A stretch of 64,000 nucleotides of DNA from NCBI GenBank assembly GCA_036785375.1, contig JAWMAR010000531.1, positions 868,001-932,000 on the forward strand, read 5' to 3'. The notes beneath the pieces were generated by a model. That model made no database searches. It was not told the origin of the DNA and was given only the letters and a program-made list of their open reading frames with translations. The translations under genes were made by a program, and so were the position numbers. This stretch comes from Leucoraja ocellata (taxonomy: Eukaryota). Shown here one piece after another: positions 22,626 to 36,580 of this stretch (position 1 is its first letter; each line of letters begins with the position of its first letter).

Positions 22626-24626
22626 AATATTACCACATTATTTACCAGATCAACCTTAGATTCCTCACCTTATCAAATGCCTGCTCGAAATTATATCTGC
22701 CTGGCATGGTACTTCTTCAAAGCCATTCGGTAAATTTCGGAAACGTCCTTCATAAATTCATAAATTGTAGGACCAGAATTAGGCCTTTCAGCTCTAATTC
22801 TACCCGGCCATTCTATCACGCTTGATTTATCTCTCCCTCTCAGCCCCTCTCAGCCCCATTCTCCTGACTTATCCCCATAACCCTTAACACTCTTGCTAAT
22901 CACCAACCAATCAATCTGCACCTTAAAAATATCCATTGAGTTGGCTTCCACAGCGTTCTGAAGCAATGGATTCCACAGATTCACCACCCTCTGACTAAAG
23001 GAATTCCTCCTCATCACCTTTTGTCAATGTACGTCCTTTTATTCTGAGGCTATAACCTTTGGTCCTTGACTCCTCCGCTCGTCGAAACATCCACTCCACA
23101 TCCACTCTATCCAGGAGGGGAGGGGGCGCTCTCCTAAAGTCTACTATCAATTCCACCGTCTTAAGAACATTGAGCTCCAGATTGTTAGAAGGCACCAGGA
23201 CGCCAGCTGTGTTACTTCCTGTCTGTAGGCAGATTCCTCCTCAACCTGGATCAGTCCAATCAGGGTTGTGTCGCCCCTGGGATCCCTGGGATCACCCTCG
23301 TAAACCTCCTCTGGACCCTCTCCAACGCCAGCTCACCCTTCCTCAGATTGGAGCCCAAAACTGTTCACAACACTACAAATGCGGTCTGACCAGTGCCTGA
23401 TATAGGCCCAGCATTACATCCCTGGTTTTGTATTTTGTTTTTGTGTTCTGGCCCTCTCGAAAGAAATGCTAGCATTGCATTTGCCTTCCCGACTACAGAC
23501 TTGTAAATTAACTTTTGGGGAATCCTGCACCAGCACTCCCAAACCCCTTTGCACCTCTCGTTTCTGAATGTTCTCTCTTTCTCAACAACATTTTGACTTT
23601 TGCGAGATGACCTTATTGATCATTTTGTCAATACCCTTTATACCGTTTTATTAACAGCTTGCAATATTTCTGTCTCTCTTCCTTTCTGAATTAAAATGAT
23701 CACCAAGGAACGTCCATGGTAGTTTTGAAATAAAAACTCAAAGCAATGAATTCAGCGCTGCAATGAGATGAATTAAGATGCTAGAATGAAATACAATACA
23801 TCTTAACACCCTGTCAGCCCGTGGCTCTATCAACTTCCTAATGATTGCAACGTTTGTGAGTTTGTTCCTTGTTTCCACTTCCATGTCTGCAGCGTTTCTG
23901 GGATGTTGTCCGTGTTCTGTAGTAGAGCAGACCGAGGACATTTTTCAGTTTACATTTTCTGTCATCTCCATATTCCCCTTTACTTTTACCCCAGATCCCC
24001 TACTTCATTGTCCAGCCTGTAGGTTGTAATAAAAATGACAGAAATTCTTACTATCATACATTAACACTTCTAGCTGACGTCCAACAATACTTTAATATAC
24101 TCATTGAACGCGTCGACATATTATTTTACAATTCGCTGTTCAATTTTCTGATTTCCATTCAACTTTGCTCATAGAATTTTTTTGTGCTCTTAGTTTAATG
24201 CTGTCTTTAACATGTTGAGATAATCGTGGATGTTTTATTTCTTGTGACACGTGTGTAGTTTCTGTCTTTTGAACGATTACGTTGAAAGCTTCCGTCTACA
24301 TCTGGAATTTCCGATATTTTAATTGAATTTGCTGGTGGATTTCAAGTTCAAGTTCACATTTAGTGTCACATACACGCACCAATTATGGTACAGTGATATT
24401 TGAGTTACCGTGCAGCCCATTCAAGTAAAAATAACACAATACATTCAGCTGGCTCCATTCCATGGCATGCATTTACCCCTATGCGTGTGAGTCTCAGAGC
24501 TTCTCTCCCCCTCCCCCCGCCGCCGTTGAGTTCACCGTTGTCTGCTATTCTCCTCCCACTTAAAACAACATGAATATTTCTTTCTCCCAAAGGGCTGGAG
24601 CTGCAGAAATATCATTTTACCCCGAT

Positions 24627-24690
24627 CCAATAATTCAGTGAATCGGTGTCACGTGGATAAAGATTTGCATGAATAATTAATAATTAGTGA
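24627..24690 (+). promoter_or_regulatory. Ig light-chain promoter of G2 (octamer ATTTGCAT 24663-24670, CACGTG, CCAAT)
   Basis: Same motifs and spacing as G1. Confidence 0.9.
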
Positions 24691-24769
24691 CTGAAGACTT
24701 TAAAAGAGAAACTTGGAAAGGGCTCAAAACCGCGCTTGTGCAGCAAAATATTCCCTTATAACCTTCAAC

Positions 24770-27700
24770 ATGGCTGTATGGGTTTGGGTTCTCGCCTTGG
24801 TGACCTGTTTCCACTGTGAGTAGAGCGCAGAATGATTAATGCTGTATCGTTTTACATTCTGCTGTGTTTTTTTTTCTAATGATTCTGTATATTTATCTGT
24901 TATTTTTATCAGCTATAAACGCGGAGACTACCTTGACTCAGAGCCCGTCTATATCACAATCTCCGGGAACAACCGTGAAAATCACCTGTACACTGTCAGG
25001 GGGCAGCATCGGTAGCTTCTACACGGGCTGGTACTGGCAGAAGCCGGACAGCAGCCCTGTCTTGGTGTGGTATCAAACCACCAGAGGCACCGGAATTCCA
25101 GACAGATTCACGGGATCCGTGGTCCCATCCACGAACCAAATGCATTTAACCATCACCAACGTGCAATCGGAGGACGCGGCCGATTATTACTGTGATGTGT
25201 GTCACAGCAGTACATACATATTCACCTTCGGGAGAGGAACCAAACTGAATCTAAGCAGTAAGTAAAGTATTCACGGTGTGAAACAACAAATCGTTGAACT
25301 TGGGTTTTGCTTTCCATCATAAATCCTCGGTAGAAAGATCTTATTAAACCAAAGTAGACAGGACGGGTCAGCCAGCTTCTCCGGTAGAAGTATAGATGGG
25401 CAATGGTTTGTGTCGGAACCTTTGCGAAAGGTTCCCGAACGGAAATATCATCTTTCTTTGTGGACCAGAGATGCTGTCTGATCCGCTGGATTACTTCAGC
25501 ACTTTGTGTTGTACTCAAGATGCCAACATTCGCGGTTCCTTGTTTCTCCTACGTGAACTTGTTTTTTTTTAAATAATCCTTTACCTCCATCCCTACAACA
25601 CTCCGGGAAATCTGCGCTCATCTATCCGTGGCTACTTGATCATCGTGGAATTTAACGCCTTCACAGACTGACAGCTGTGCTTCAAATGCGAAGTTGTTAA
25701 ATTCTGTAATGATCTGAAAGTATATTTCCCACTTTCTTCCCTGATGTTCATGAAACCTGCTCCTATAACAGGAATACTGATTCTCTGATTTGAAGTATCC
25801 TCAAGTGGCGGGTTCCATATGAGACTGCTGCTATTGGTCACTTTGCTTCAATATAAGCGGAATGCAAACCAAAACTGTTGCCGTTACTTGAACAAATGTT
25901 CGGGAAATTATGAGATTTCATTAACTTACAGTATATTGTGGACACGGATAATACCAACTCTGAGAGTGGGCCAAATAGAATCATTGGAAACATCCAAAGG
26001 AAATTTAATAAACATTTGACAAGGGATGTCGGTGAATTTAAATGGGATATTTTTGGAATTGCAAATACCCATTAGGGCAGATTGCGCGAAGTTGATTTCT
26101 GGTCGTTTTAATGATACCATGAGGGTGAAGTGGCGTTTAGACAGGTTTACACGCGCTCCCTACAACAGCGCTAAAACCAATTGTCAGGGAAAAGGTTAAA
26201 AACAAAATGTAAACGCTTCGCACGGCAGCATTTCAATTCCCTTTGCGCGAAAGCGTGGAGGATTGTTGCAAGTCTGATTCAGCTCCGAAATTAGACACAA
26301 GAGCAGAACCGGATTCTGGTTCATTTCTCGTTCAGCGAGCCATTGCCACCGTAGCTGATCACAATTGTGTGGATATGCCGTCAGACTCTTTGGACCCTTG
26401 ACTCTTGTAGATCCTGCAAGGGATTTTGATGCTGGTTCTCCGATTGCCATCGAGTGTATGATATAGCAGAAAACGCAGACTGTTCATTATGCTGTTAAAC
26501 ATGATCCCTTTGAGTGTTGATTTTTTTTACGGGCAGGCAGTTGGTAGACCGACATGTCAAAAAAGCTTCAAGGAGCGAGACATCATTTTGCCATTTTCGG
26601 ATAAATTAATGCAGAAATGGGCACACGTGTATACGAGGTTATTGCTGAATTGCCTTGAATCGTACGATTGGAAGGAAATAGTACAGCGTCTTTAAATTCA
26701 GCATTAGCTTGAAATGTTGTATGAAGTCCGAATATGTTGGATGTTAAACCCAGAGCTGTCTGGACATGTGTCAGAAGGAATTTGAATCTGACCAAAACAT
26801 TTATTTAGTTTTACCATTCATTTTTCTGCCCGCCACCATCATTGAATCATGGACTTTCTGGACGATGTGGAAGATTCACTAATAAGTAACATTCTAAAGA
26901 CTGTTCCGGGATAGAATTGGGATTACTATTTAAACAAGCATTAATTTGGAAATGCTGCTCATTCTGCCAGGATGAGTTGTATTTACATTTTTTCTGCCCG
27001 TTTCCATGATCTGTAGAAAATCGTATGTTATATGTTTTACCAAACCTCGGATATACCCCCATAAAAAATAACTTATCATGATTTTGCTGTATAAAATGAG
27101 GTTTATAAATGAACGGTAGTTGTAAAGCCAGTGCAGTACACGGCCATAGAGCCACGGAGTTATGCAGCGGTGGAACAGTCCTTCAGTCCACATACTTCAT
27201 GCCGACCGGGTTGCCCTACTTGAGCTGGTCCCATTTGCGCGTGTCAGGCCCATATCTCTTTGAACCTTTCTTATCCAAGTATTAATTCAAATGTTTATTT
27301 AAATGGTGTTATTGTACCTGGCTCATCAACTTCTCTGGGGAACTCATTCCATGGAGTCAACGCATTATGTGAACAAATGTTGCCCTGAACCAAAGCCCTC
27401 TAATTCTTCATTCTCCTACTACGGGGAAAATATTCCATGCGCTAACCCTATGTATTCCCCTCGCGATTTTGTAACCGCTATGCATCACCCTAAGGTCTTC
27501 TACACTCCAAGGACTAACGTCCTCGCATATCCAATCTATGCCTATAGTTCAGGCGTTCGAAACCTGGCACCGTCGGCATATATCTTGCCTGGAGTCATTC
27601 CAGCTGAATCGATTCTGATATTTCAATCAACTGATAAATAATTCATTTGTATTTATTTCAATTCTTTATTTCCAGGTCCGCGCTCCCCCACCGTTTCCAT

Positions 27701-27998
27701 TCTGGCGCCATCAATGGGTGAAGTCACCGCAAAAAATACCGCCACCCTGGTGTGTTTGGTGAGCGGGTTCAACCCGGGCGATGTGGACATTAAGTGGACC
27801 GTGGACGGCAGTGGGAGAAGTGACGGCGCTGCGACCAGCCGGGTCCAGCAGGAGAAGGACAACTCGTTCAGTGCGAGCAGTTACCTGACTCTGCCAGCCG
27901 CCTACTGGAACTCACACGATCTTTACTCCTGTGTGGTTAAACACGAAACCCAGGCAACCCCGATTAAGGCCAACATCGCCAGATCCAGTTGCCTCTAA
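24770..27998 (+). CDS. IGL: Immunoglobulin light chain G2, germline-joined VJ cluster. Exons: 24770-24815, 24913-25257, 27676-27998
   Basis: Exon sizes match G1 (46/345/323 nt), splice sites are intact and the frame is open. CDR3 DVCHSSTYIFT; J motif FGRGTKLNLS. Confidence 0.95.
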
Positions 27999-28177
27999 TT
28001 CAAAGGATCAAATTCCCGATTTGCTCCATTTCTTTGTAAATTAATCCAATATTCAGATATGGAATGTTCGCTTTAACAGGGTATTTGTTCAAACGCAGCA
28101 CGTGTGCATTTTGTTGCCGTGAATGCGCTGTTGGTATTTTACGATGAACTGAAAACCGATAATGTAACATTTAATGC

Positions 28178-28183
28178 AATAAA
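28178..28183 (+). terminator. Poly(A) signal of G2
   Basis: AATAAA at the homologous position. Confidence 0.75.
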
Positions 28184-29883
28184 ACAGATTATTCTACTTA
28201 CGATGCCTCGTTGTAATTTTCTGTGCAAATGTCCTTGCCTTCAATAGAATAAAAACAATAATGTCCGATGATGCCAGTGTGTAGAAACTGGTATTTTGTG
28301 AAACTTTGCTATATTTCAAATAAACTGCGGTTTCATGATTGATCGTAGATCCATGTGTTAGGACAGTTGAAGGGACCGCTTGCACATACCCCCCACCCTC
28401 CCCCCCCAGATTGAAGATATTAGGTGCAAACCAGTGGGGCGGGGGGGGGGGGGGGGGTTGAAGGGGGGATTCGCAACCACAATTAACCGGAGTAAAAGTA
28501 GTTACTTCGCGATTCCCAGAAATGGGATAAACAGCTTTCGGGACATGGCAACTGCTTGGATGTTCTTCTCTGGGAATAAAAAAAGCATGTTTAACAGGGG
28601 GAATAAATTGTGCAAATCTGGGGGAAATCTGCTTCCGATGTGAGTGTCCTATCTGGAGAGATTCTCTACTACGATGTCAGTTTCCAGTAGTACAATAACA
28701 GGTTCGGGACGTGTGCTGTCTATTTTTATCCCATCCCTTCCTCCACGGTTATCATTCACTCCCTTCCCCCCTTATTTTGTGGCTGATTTCATTTCTTGTT
28801 CCTTTTCACCCACAGCCTTTGCCAATTAACCCCCCGCCCCATCTGCTAATCAACCCCCTCTCACATGTATCCACCGATCTATCACTTGGCCAGCTGTATC
28901 GCACCTCATATCTATTTTACACATTTACCTCCTCTGTTCCAGGGGCACGACCTGAAATGATGCCTCGCAATTCTAATCAGCTGTTGCCTGACCCGGCAAG
29001 TCATGTGGAGTCCAATGGCGAAGTCGTGTTTTGCTGGATTTGTACGGTATTATGACCACCTCTCTGATCGAATTTACCTCTTCAATCCACTTCTTGTCAG
29101 ACTTTTCCATGATCTACATTGATATCCTACACCCAGTTGCAAGTCGAACATATCCATGCTTTGTCCCCATTTTCCTACCCCCGCGAGGCTTCCTTTACTT
29201 TTGATGGGCGACGGGTATTTTGGAAATACTGGTCAGCGTTTAGTGTTTCATCAACGCAGTATTCCTCAACATCCATACGAGCTTGGATATTTGGCCCAGT
29301 AAGCTCCACGGCGCCACGTGGTTTATTTACAAGAGGTAGTTCAAACAGGTACTATAACAACATTTAATAAACATTTGGACAGGTACATTGTTTAGAGGGA
29401 CACGGGCCACCGCGGGCAGGTGGGACTTGTTGGACCGAAGGGCATTTTCCTACTGAATAACTCATAGTGATACTTTTAAAAAATGAAAATAGGTGCAGGA
29501 GTAGGCCATTCGGCCCTTCGAGCCTGCACCGCCTTTCAATATGAGCACGGCTGATACATGCTGACAGCAGAAATGATCGGGACCTGTACAAAAAGAAGCC
29601 CAGTTGGCAGGGGAATGCGGGGGCTGGTGGGCAGGAGAACTGGTAAAATAAAGTTGTCTGGCTGCTCACAATAACACAAGATGTAGCTTCGAGTAAATGT
29701 TCATCCTGCATGAAGTGGCGCTGCATTCGACGATGTTCTGTGGTCCCTGCAGTTATCTTGCTCTTAGATGCTGAATCAATCCAAAAATATTGACATCATC
29801 TGCAGCACCTTTGGTATATTTACAGTTCTTGTCATTTATGGGGAGGCAAATGTAAACTGCTTGATGTGAAAATGCTGGTAATG

Positions 29884-31229
29884 TCCAAGATGCAATTCGG
29901 TGCATTAAAACAATATATCAGGAGCCTACAGCTAGGATTAAGGTAAATGGAAACATATCAAAACGGATCCAGTTAGAGAGGGGCACAAGGCAAGGATGCT
30001 GTCTTTCTCCTACTCTCTTCGTTTTGTATATTGAACCCTTAGCACAAGCAATAAGGCAGAGAGAAGACCTGCAGGGGGTCAAAATAGGGGGGAAAGAACA
30101 TATCATTGGTCTTTTCGCTGATGATATCATTATTTTTCTTGAACGACCAGATATATGTCTCCCAAATGTAATGAATCTATTTGAAACAAATGGATGCTAC
30201 TCATGGTATAATGTGGCAGTATAATGTGGATAAATGTGAGGTTATCCATTTTGGTGGCAAAAACAGGAAAGCAGACTATTATCTAAATGGTGGCCGATTG
30301 GGAAAGGGGGAGGTGCAGCGAGACCTGGGTGTCATGGTACACCGGTCATTGAAGGTAGGCATGCAGGTGCAGCAGGCAGTAAAGAAAGCGAATGGTATGT
30401 TAGCTTTCATTGCAAAAGGATTTGAGTATAGGAGCAGGGAGGTTCTACTGCAGTTGTACAGGGTCTTGGTGAGACCACACCTGGAGTATTGCGTACAGTT
30501 TTGGTCTCCAAATCTGGGATACGGGATAAAATGATTTCTAGATTCATTTGGAATAGCAAAAAAACAAGAATAAAACTAACAACACTTCAACTGCCGAAAA
30601 GCAAGGGTGGAATGGCTTTACCAAATCTGAGGAAATACTTTTATGTAGCTCAACTCAGACCTCTGTTGGTGTAGACCTGATTATGAATCTCGATGGAAAG
30701 AAATTGAAAGGGAGATACACGGTTACCAGATCCAGATTTTGGTGGGAGACTAATATCTGAGAGGGGCCTTGAGACACGCTATGGACCACATAGTAGCATT
30801 TACGTTAGAAATATGTAATGTTATAGTGGAAAAATACAAATTAAAAAGAGGGGTTCACACATTGAAGTGGTTCGCATATGACCAGGGGTGTTTGATTCAA
30901 AATTCAAAGAATGGGCACAAAAAGGCATAATGGCAATGTATACAGTTTCAGAAAATGGCGAGTTTATGAGCTTCCAAGATTTAAAGTCAAAGTCTGGTCT
31001 CGAAAACAAAGATTTTTTTAGAAACTTGTAATTAAGAGACTACTTTACAAAAGAGATAAGGCCAGAACTAGATGAAACTTCAAATAATGTGATCAAGGTG
31101 ATTGTGGATGCATACAAACAGAAGGGGTCTCGGGTCAACTCTGCTTTCTACCAAGCTCTGATGGGAAGCGGGGGAGAATCAACGCTCTACATAAAAACAA
31201 AATAGGAAGCAGAATTAAAGATTCAGATA

Positions 31230-31280
<51 letters not shown>

Positions 31281-32545
31281 GTTTATTTATATAGCACATT
31301 TATAGTCAATTTTCATTGACCCCAAAGTGCTTTACATAATTTAAAAATCAGTTCCATACAAAGCATAAAGATGGGTTAACAAAATAATAAAATGCATAAA
31401 CAGGACACAACATGTAACATAAACATCCACCACAGCATTTATCACTGTGGTGGAAGGCACAAAAAAATTTGGCCGTCCTCTTCCATTCCCCCCCCCCCCC
31501 CCCCCCCCCCCCGTGGACAAGACCAGAGTCCAGAGTCCATTCCAGGATCGGTCTTTCCTCACCGGAGACCGCGGCTTCAAGATTGTGTAGGCCGCAGGCC
31601 GGCGGTTGAGATTTAAAGTCCCCGCCGCAGCCAGAAGCACCGTAGACTGCAGGGCCGGCGGTCGAAGCTCCCCTCCAGGGGTGATGGTAAGTCCATGCCG
31701 GGCCCGCGGTAGAAGTTATCCGTGGGCCGGCAATGGCGGCTTCTTCTTCCCCCATAAGAAGAATGGTATCAAATGTGTGAAACACAATGTCCTTCCACAA
31801 GCACACTAGTATGGAAAGAGTTTTGCTGGAAGAATCTATCTCGCTTTTTTTTATAAGCAGCAAACTCGCTGTCCAACAACACTGTTGGAGGCTGTGTGGG
31901 AGTACGGAGGCAGACCACTCGCATATTTTCTGGAACTGTGTAAAGATAAGGCCATACTGGGAAAATGTTAATGCAGCTGTAAAAAATATCTTGGGTTATA
32001 AAATCCCAAATACCTGCCATGTGATGTATCTGGGGCGTATTAAAGATATTGTAAAAATAAAAGATACATATTTGATTAAAGTTTTGCTTGCAGCAAGTAA
32101 GAAGGCCATTACCAGGCAGTGGCTTCATGAAAAAGTCCAAAACAGGAACAGTGGTTAGAAATTGTGCGAGACATCTTTAATATGGAGAAATTGACATATT
32201 CCTTGAGAGTCAAGGAAAATTCATTTGAGAAGATCTGGGAATAATGGACCATTTATTTGAGCCATGACACCAATTAGATAAATGCCGAGCTAGATATGGG
32301 AAGATTGCGTTATATAGAACTAGATGGTATGTTTGTATGAATATTGAATTATCTCCAGATAACTAATCAATGTAATGTTTTTGCTTTTTTTTAAGTTGGT
32401 AAAGTGAACCACACGGTCTTATTCCAATTTTTTTTTAATTTACTTCTTTTTTATCCCCTATCTACTTATTTTTTTATTTGGATTGGTGTTTTACTTACTT
32501 TGTTTTATTTATGGTGATGGTGTTGCACGGTTTTGTATATATCTC
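29884..32545 (+). mobile_element. Decayed L1/Tx1-clade LINE, U3 copy
   Basis: Paralogous to the U2 copy. Confidence 0.85.
30212..30522 (+). mobile_element. Internal CR1-like RT fragment replacing part of the L1 (U3)
   Basis: Same junctions as in U2. Confidence 0.85.
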
Positions 32546-35097
32546 TTAAAAAACAAAGAAAATAAGTTGACCATTTGACCGCGTGGGCAGATGATACTGA
32601 TGCAGTCTCCGATTATAACGGTAGATGGCGCTGCCGTACCTTACATCTGTGATGAAGCTCAACGCGGCCAATTCTGAAATGGGTCAAACGCAATATTGTG
32701 TCTGAGGTCACGTACAGGCCAGACCAGCAATAATTGGATTATTTTCCCCTTGAAGGATATATTTGGGATCCAGTTGTATTGTAATAATCAATCATACAAA
32801 CTGATATTTCTTCTGAAATATTCCAGACACTTAACATCATTTAGATTCCACACATCCCCTGTTGAAATATGTCTGGATATGTGGTCAAGGCCTTTGCGTG
32901 ATGTGATTTCGGGTTGAAACCGTTGCTTATCTTCACTTCCTTCACCTTTGCAGGGAGCGAATAGGAGGAATCTTTCACTGCATAAAAATATTCTCCTTTC
33001 ATTCCGATTCAGCCACGGTTTAACCAAAGCTTGAGAGGTAACCTCTCCGCTTACTCGATACTTCGTTCTTTGAAACCTCACATATATCACAGGTTTTTGC
33101 TCACTACTCTGTCATATGCTGAGAATAGAGCAGCTGGGCTTGTGCACTCTGAAGGATGAGAGGATATCTCATTGAAACATATACGATTGTTAAGGGGTTG
33201 GACACGCTAGAGGCAAAAAACACATTGAACCCACATTGCCTCCCCCTCCCCCTCCCCTCCACACACGAGGCAAACTATACAAGCTCATACTTCTCTGTGA
33301 TAGATTTCATCCATCATTTACCTACTCATTCTCCTGTCATATTGAAGTTTGAAGTGCTCGCTGAATACTCTCTCCCTCTCCCGCGTGTAAGCCGCTATTC
33401 CATCATGATTGTTGATGTGAATATATTGCTGGGGATAGAGGAGAATTAAATCATTGGCCAAAATGCTCGTGCATACTGAATGTGAATAATGGAAATGTTA
33501 CCTCCGGGAGAGACTTTAATATTAATTTTGGACAAACATGAAGACAGTTGCAAACAGGATTTTGTACATTTGAGTGGGTTTTGGTCCCAGGATTTTAGCC
33601 CCAGGTTTTCCATCTATCCAATTTGCCAAGGTGTTGAGTGTCAATGGAAGTCATAAAGACTTAAACAACGACGCATGTCATAAATAACTTAACATTGTTC
33701 TCTTAAAAGAAACAAACAGAAAATCCAATTACAACTCATTTTAAACCGAGAACTCTTGTTTGCAGAAACATCGCCTACACGTGGACTGTGACAGAAAATA
33801 CACAGGAATAAATGATACATACATAATACATGTACATCAGAAAGAAAGAAACAAGATTGCGATCAAAAACATAATAATAAAAAAACACGTCGATAGTGTA
33901 CAAGTTTTGGGGCATAGTGTCCCGTTATGGAGGCAGGATTAGGGGTATGTAGGTCCTTCCAAAATCTGGATAGTTGTAGGTAAGTAGCTGTTCTTAAACC
34001 GGGTGGTGTACATTCTGTAGTAGATCTGTAAACGTTTGTTGGAGTATTTGGAGACAAAGTATTTTTTTGAATTCTTTGAAAGTAGAGGCATTTGCGCTCA
34101 TTCGCGGATGCATTTGTTTGCTGGGCCCGGTGTTAATGCCTAGAATTTAAACCTTATATCCCTCTCCACAACTGCTCCACTAAAACAAACTGGCCTGGAG
34201 TCCCCGGACTTCCTCTTTTTGAAGTCAGCGACCAGTTCCGTCTTGTTGCTTTGGAGCGAAAGGTTGTTGTTCTGACACCACTCAACCAAGTGTTCCGTCT
34301 CTCTTCTCTATGTTGACGCAGCACCATCAGTGATTCATCCAAACAGAATGGTGTTGGGGGTGGATCAATAGATGACATTTGAGCTGTGCTTCATTCCATG
34401 TGTGTACAGGAAGTAGAACATGGTGTAAAGCGCGCAGCCTTGAGATGAACTGTGTTGCTGGTCAATGGGGAGGAGATAATGTTCCCCATCCGCACTCGGT
34501 CACTTGAAGCTAATTCACCAAACAGTAAAATGGTGACTAAACTGATTGTAACCTCTGATCTGGAGTTCCAGCCACCCCTGGTAACATATCACTACCCCAC
34601 CTTGTTTATTAGGAATATTTCTACCATTGGAAAAAAATTCTCCATTCTGAGAGATGTGTTTTGTTTCTTCACTTTTTGAAGTAGGCATTGATTTTTGTGT
34701 TACAGGTGACGTTTAGTTTTAGATTACCCCAGACGAATTGTCCTCCCCCTTCACATGCTGTGAAGACCCCGCATAATCACCGTGCTTCAATTAAAGCACC
34801 TCTCATGCGTCTAACCGTCGACCACTCGCTCGTTGCAGATATGGGTCTATTAGCAATCATTTTCCGAATTGCTTCAAAGGCATTTACATTTCAATACTCT
34901 GCTCGATTCTGCGATGAAGTACAACTGAAGCACTATCAACCTCTATCTTTTGCATTAGTTTTTTTTCTGACGTTAGATGCTAACACTGTTACCTTTCATA
35001 GGTAGTTGTTGTACCTCATTCTAGCTTGTTGCGTATCCTCACCAGGGAACCGAAATAATTCTGCATCTCAAAACACTGAAAAAAGTCATACTGGAAA

Positions 35098-35185
35098 TAA
35101 GAAGGGTCTCGACCCGAAACGTCACCCATTCCTTCTCTCCAGAGACGCTGCCGGTCTCGCTGAGTTACTCCAGCATTTTGTGTCT
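35098..35185 (+). mobile_element. Penelope-like terminal-repeat remnant with a partial hammerhead-like core. Paralogues: ~6651-6740, 21163-21250, 50126-50212
   Basis: GAAGGGTCTCGACCCGAAACGTCACCCATTCCTTCTCTCCAGAGA...TGAGTTACTCCAGCATTTTGTGTC, which I recall as an abundant skate repeat; GGGTC/GACCC stem followed by GAAAC. Confidence 0.55.
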
Positions 35186-35529
35186 ATATTGTAAAGAACA
35201 TTATTTTATATCAGTTACCCTCCCAAAATTGACATTCCACATGTTTCCACATCCCGCATTTGCCAGGCCTTTGCCCATTGACGGGAACTATCCACATGCA
35301 CGGCGGCCTTGGTTGGTGCTTCATGTCATTAGCAAATTCAACAGCCAACATTTTGTAGCTTTTTTGACTGTGTGTAAACATTTTTGGGAATTGTGGCTCC
35401 AGCAGTGATCTATGAGGCACATCAGTTTTTGCATCTTTCAAACCAGAAATTAGCCTGTTTATGCGTTTTCTATGTTTCCAACTAATCGCCCAATGTTCTG
35501 TTCTTCTGATTTCCATAAACACCAGCACT

Positions 35530-36580
35530 CAGTAAAAAGGAGCAGGAGAAGACCATTCGGCCCTTCGAGCTGCACCTCCATTCAATATGATCATGGCTGA
35601 TAGTCCAAAATCAGTACCCCGTTCCTGCTTTCTCCCCTATCCCTTGATTCCGTCAGCCCTAAAAGCTATAACTAACTCTCTCTTGAACATATCCAGTGAA
35701 TGGCCTCCACTGCCTCCACTTGTATGGCAGAGAATACCACAGTCACAACTCTCTGGGTAAAAACGTGTTTCCGCATTTCAGTAAGGCCCTACCCCTTCTT
35801 TTTAAAGTGCAACCCCTGGTTATTGACTCCCCCAACATCGGGCATATATTCCCTGCATCTAGCGTATCCAACCTCTTAAGAATTTTATATGTTTCTATAA
35901 GAACCCTTCAAATCCTTCAAAATTCCAGTGCATATAAGCCCTGTCAATCATTTGTCAGTTCCACCATCCCGGGAATTAATCTGGTGAATTTACGTTGCAC
36001 TCTTTCAATAGCAAGAATGTCCTTCTTCATATTAGGATACCAAACCTGCACACAACACTCCAGGTGTGGTCTCACCAGGGCCCTGTACAACTGCAGTAGG
36101 TCCTCCATGCTCCCGCACTCAAATCCTCTCGCTATGAAGGCCAACGTGTCATTTGCTTTCTTCACTTCCGACTGTACCAGCATGATTTATTTCTGTGACT
36201 GGTGTTCAAGGACACCCAGGTCTCGTTGCACCCCCCCCCCCCTCCCCTTTCCCTAATCTGACACCATTCGATTATAATCTGCCTTCTTGTTATTGCCCCC
36301 AAAGCGGATAACCGCATATTTATGCACAAAGTACTGCATAATCTTGTCCAGGTCACCCTGCAGCCTCCTAGCATCCTCCTCGCAGCTCACACTGCCTCTC
36401 AGCGTTGTGTGATCCGCAAACATGGAGATGTTACATTTAATTCCTTCATCATCGTCAATATATCTTGTAAATAACCGAGGTCCCATCACCGAGCCTTGTG
36501 GCGCCCCACTAGTCACTGCCAGCCATTGTGAAAAGGACCCGTTAATTCCTATTCTTTGCTTCCTGTCTGCCATACAAGTA
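35530..36580 (-). mobile_element. CR1-like LINE (U3)
   Basis: DRKQRIGINGSFSQWLAVTSG.PQGSVMGP...FADHT RT motifs. Confidence 0.85.

Noticed and set aside
25203-25209. CACAGCA in the G2 CDR3 as a leftover RSS heptamer
   Set aside because: Absent from the other three copies and has no nonamer; it lies in hypervariable coding sequence.
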